A DNA stretch of 40,152 bases, taken from the IMG/VR virus record IMGVR_UViG_3300028633_000016, positions 1 through 40,152 of that record, one strand, 5' to 3'. Shown in pieces: positions 38,394 to 40,152 of the stretch. Source of the DNA: a virus. Its lineage: Duplodnaviria; Caudoviricetes. Position 1 is the first letter of the stretch, and each line of letters starts with the position of its first letter. The notes below the pieces were generated by a model. The model made no database searches, was not told the DNA's origin, and saw only the letters and a program-made list of their open reading frames with translations. Made by a program: the position numbers and the translations under genes.

Positions 38394-38855
38394 ATGAAAA
38401 GAGAAGAATTACCAAATGAAGCCTCACGAGAAGATAAGATGCGTGAGGCATTGGCTCATTACGAAGAACTTGCCACTAAAGCGTGTTGGCATAGGAGCGA
38501 TATTCCGGAGGCAATACGAGCCTATTATGACCCCCTCCCTCCCGCCGAGGGTGCGGAGGAGATTGATAAGCTAATCAAAAAACACGTTCCGATAGATGTC
38601 GCAAATTTTGAGTTTTGCGTAAAGCATAACATGATTAACGGCGGGTTATTACAAGGCATTCGTGATGTTGCCACCCTCCACGCCCAGCGACTTGCAGAGA
38701 AGATGGTGGAGGATATGCGGCAGAAACTTTTCAGCATGAGATCAACAAAGGAAGCGATGGACAAACTAAGCGAAGCAGACAGGCTGATGCAGTACGGTTA
38801 TCACGATTGCATAAATGAGATGTTAATGTGGACTAAAAATTTGAGCCATGACTAA
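38394..38855 (+). CDS. Hypothetical protein
   Basis: Co-oriented ORF; ATG 38394 in A-rich context (start uncertain). Confidence 0.55.
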   Translation: MKREELPNEASREDKMREALAHYEELATKACWHRSDIPEAIRAYYDPLPPAEGAEEIDKLIKKHVPIDVANFEFCVKHNMINGGLLQGIRDVATLHAQRLAEKMVEDMRQKLFSMRSTKEAMDKLSEADRLMQYGYHDCINEMLMWTKNLSHD

Positions 38856-39150
38856 CGAAGAACAAAAGCTACGGGAGATAGCCTATGAACACGCAGAACC
38901 AAAGGTTATTTGGAGCGGTGGGAACATGTCTGTCTGTCCTGATGAGGAAAAGATCGAATCACTTCTTTCCGACCTCACCGCCCTCATCAGCGAACATTAC
39001 TACCCGAAGGAGTTTCTATTGTGGACGGGCGAAAATTGTCAATACTATCCCGACACTAACGAATGGATGTATTTTGAATCGCCGATGACACAGCAATATT
39101 TTAAGGGCACTGATGAACTCTTTAACTATTGGAAGGAGAACGAGCAATGA
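38848..39150 (+). CDS. Hypothetical protein
   Basis: Overlapping coupling with neighbours. Confidence 0.6.
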   Translation: MTNEEQKLREIAYEHAEPKVIWSGGNMSVCPDEEKIESLLSDLTALISEHYYPKEFLLWTGENCQYYPDTNEWMYFESPMTQQYFKGTDELFNYWKENEQ

Positions 39151-39371
39151 TACTCTATCAGGCACTTTATAATCCAATGATTCACGAATCAGCATCTTAC
39201 ACTTTGAGTATTCATAAAACACGAAAAGGGGCTGAAATGGCTATCGAGTTCCATAAAAATGAGATAAAGAATGAGGAACTTGAATTGTATGATCCCAGTG
39301 ATGTAATTGGAGAATATAAATGGGATGATTGTAAATGGTGGGGAATAAATGAAATTGAACTTTTGGATTAA
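39147..39371 (+). CDS. Hypothetical protein (AT-rich)
   Basis: ATGA overlap at 39147-39150. Confidence 0.6.
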   Translation: MILYQALYNPMIHESASYTLSIHKTRKGAEMAIEFHKNEIKNEELELYDPSDVIGEYKWDDCKWWGINEIELLD

Positions 39372-39383
39372 AACTAACGAGCA

Positions 39384-39572
39384 ATGAAAGAACTGACAAG
39401 AAATAAATTGCTTGCTGCATGGCAATACTGTGATGATGAGGACAAATCAACTGAGTTTATGATACAATTTATGATGGATAATGCGAAGGTTGATATGGAT
39501 TGTGTTGTAAATTTTATGAATAAGACACCCGATGAGGAAAGAGTTGAATGGCTTAAAAACATAAAGCAATGA
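39384..39572 (+). CDS. Hypothetical protein
   Basis: Co-oriented, ATGA-coupled to next gene. Confidence 0.6.
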   Translation: MKELTRNKLLAAWQYCDDEDKSTEFMIQFMMDNAKVDMDCVVNFMNKTPDEERVEWLKNIKQ

Positions 39573-39838
39573 AAGAACTTGAAGATTGTTTAAGAGAAGC
39601 ATTAGAAGAATCCCCGTATGGGATAGTTACTAACGATACTGCCTTAGAAACAGCAAGGAAGTATGCCTCTGAGCTACTTCGGCAGCGGGATGAACTGAAG
39701 GAGGCGTTGGCTGAACAGAAAAGGTTATATTTTAATCTTTTTGACGAGGAAATAAGGTGTATGTATTGCGAGGCTGAAATAAGTCGTGGGTCAGCTATTA
39801 TCCTTTGTAAGGAATGTGCAGAAAATACCGAGTTATGA
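39569..39838 (+). CDS. Hypothetical protein with C-terminal CxxC...CxxC
   Basis: CMYC and CKEC. Confidence 0.55.
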   Translation: MKELEDCLREALEESPYGIVTNDTALETARKYASELLRQRDELKEALAEQKRLYFNLFDEEIRCMYCEAEISRGSAIILCKECAENTEL

Positions 39839-40032
39839 TAGATGCAACTCATATACATATGCCGTCAGGACAAGATGTAAAAATTAAGAAGGTTTACAAT
39901 TCTATTGCAACCTGTTTTGTTGACCCATATCCAATATCAATCATGTGGGGTAAGCAGGAATATGCAAATACCATTATTGTAAAACTTGACGATTTAAAAG
40001 AATTAGCCGCAATCAAAAACCCCGAAGGTTAG
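39835..40032 (+). CDS. Hypothetical protein
   Basis: ATGA overlap at 39835-39838. Confidence 0.5.
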   Translation: MIDATHIHMPSGQDVKIKKVYNSIATCFVDPYPISIMWGKQEYANTIIVKLDDLKELAAIKNPEG

Positions 40033-40152
40033 CGGCTGCGGAGTGGATGCTAACGGTTTGCATAAGACCAGTAAAGGAATGCGAGAAATGAACTATCAAA
40101 ATACAACACGGTTTGAACGGGCTACGATGCTGAAATTACCCACTAAAGCCTT

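Overview
A 40 kb fragment of a tailed dsDNA phage with crAss-like (Crassvirales-related) virion genes, probably infecting Bacteroidota: it has TAnnTTTG promoter motifs, A-rich start contexts, and FISUMP, BACON and HYR domains. All credible genes are on the + strand, tightly packed, in standard code. Order: a lysis/envelope block (membrane proteins, a C14 metacaspase, a holin-like protein, a DUF5675 putative endolysin, a HYR lipoprotein, a secreted beta-helix protein); three tail ring-like genes; the tail muzzle/stabilization region; two cargo-like genes; a 5078-aa polyvalent protein (GNAT-like, DarA-C-like, N6-adenine MTase, Strawberry-notch helicase, zincin, LPD38-like); then a replication/early block (primase-helicase, GroES, YqaJ exonuclease, small genes). 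The main finding is that the muzzle protein, normally a single chain, appears split over three ORFs by two inserted adhesin-coding cassettes. The first cassette (about 7172-9883) cuts a FISUMP domain in two, and the halves rejoin without a gap when the insert is removed. All family calls come from motif recognition by eye, not database searches.
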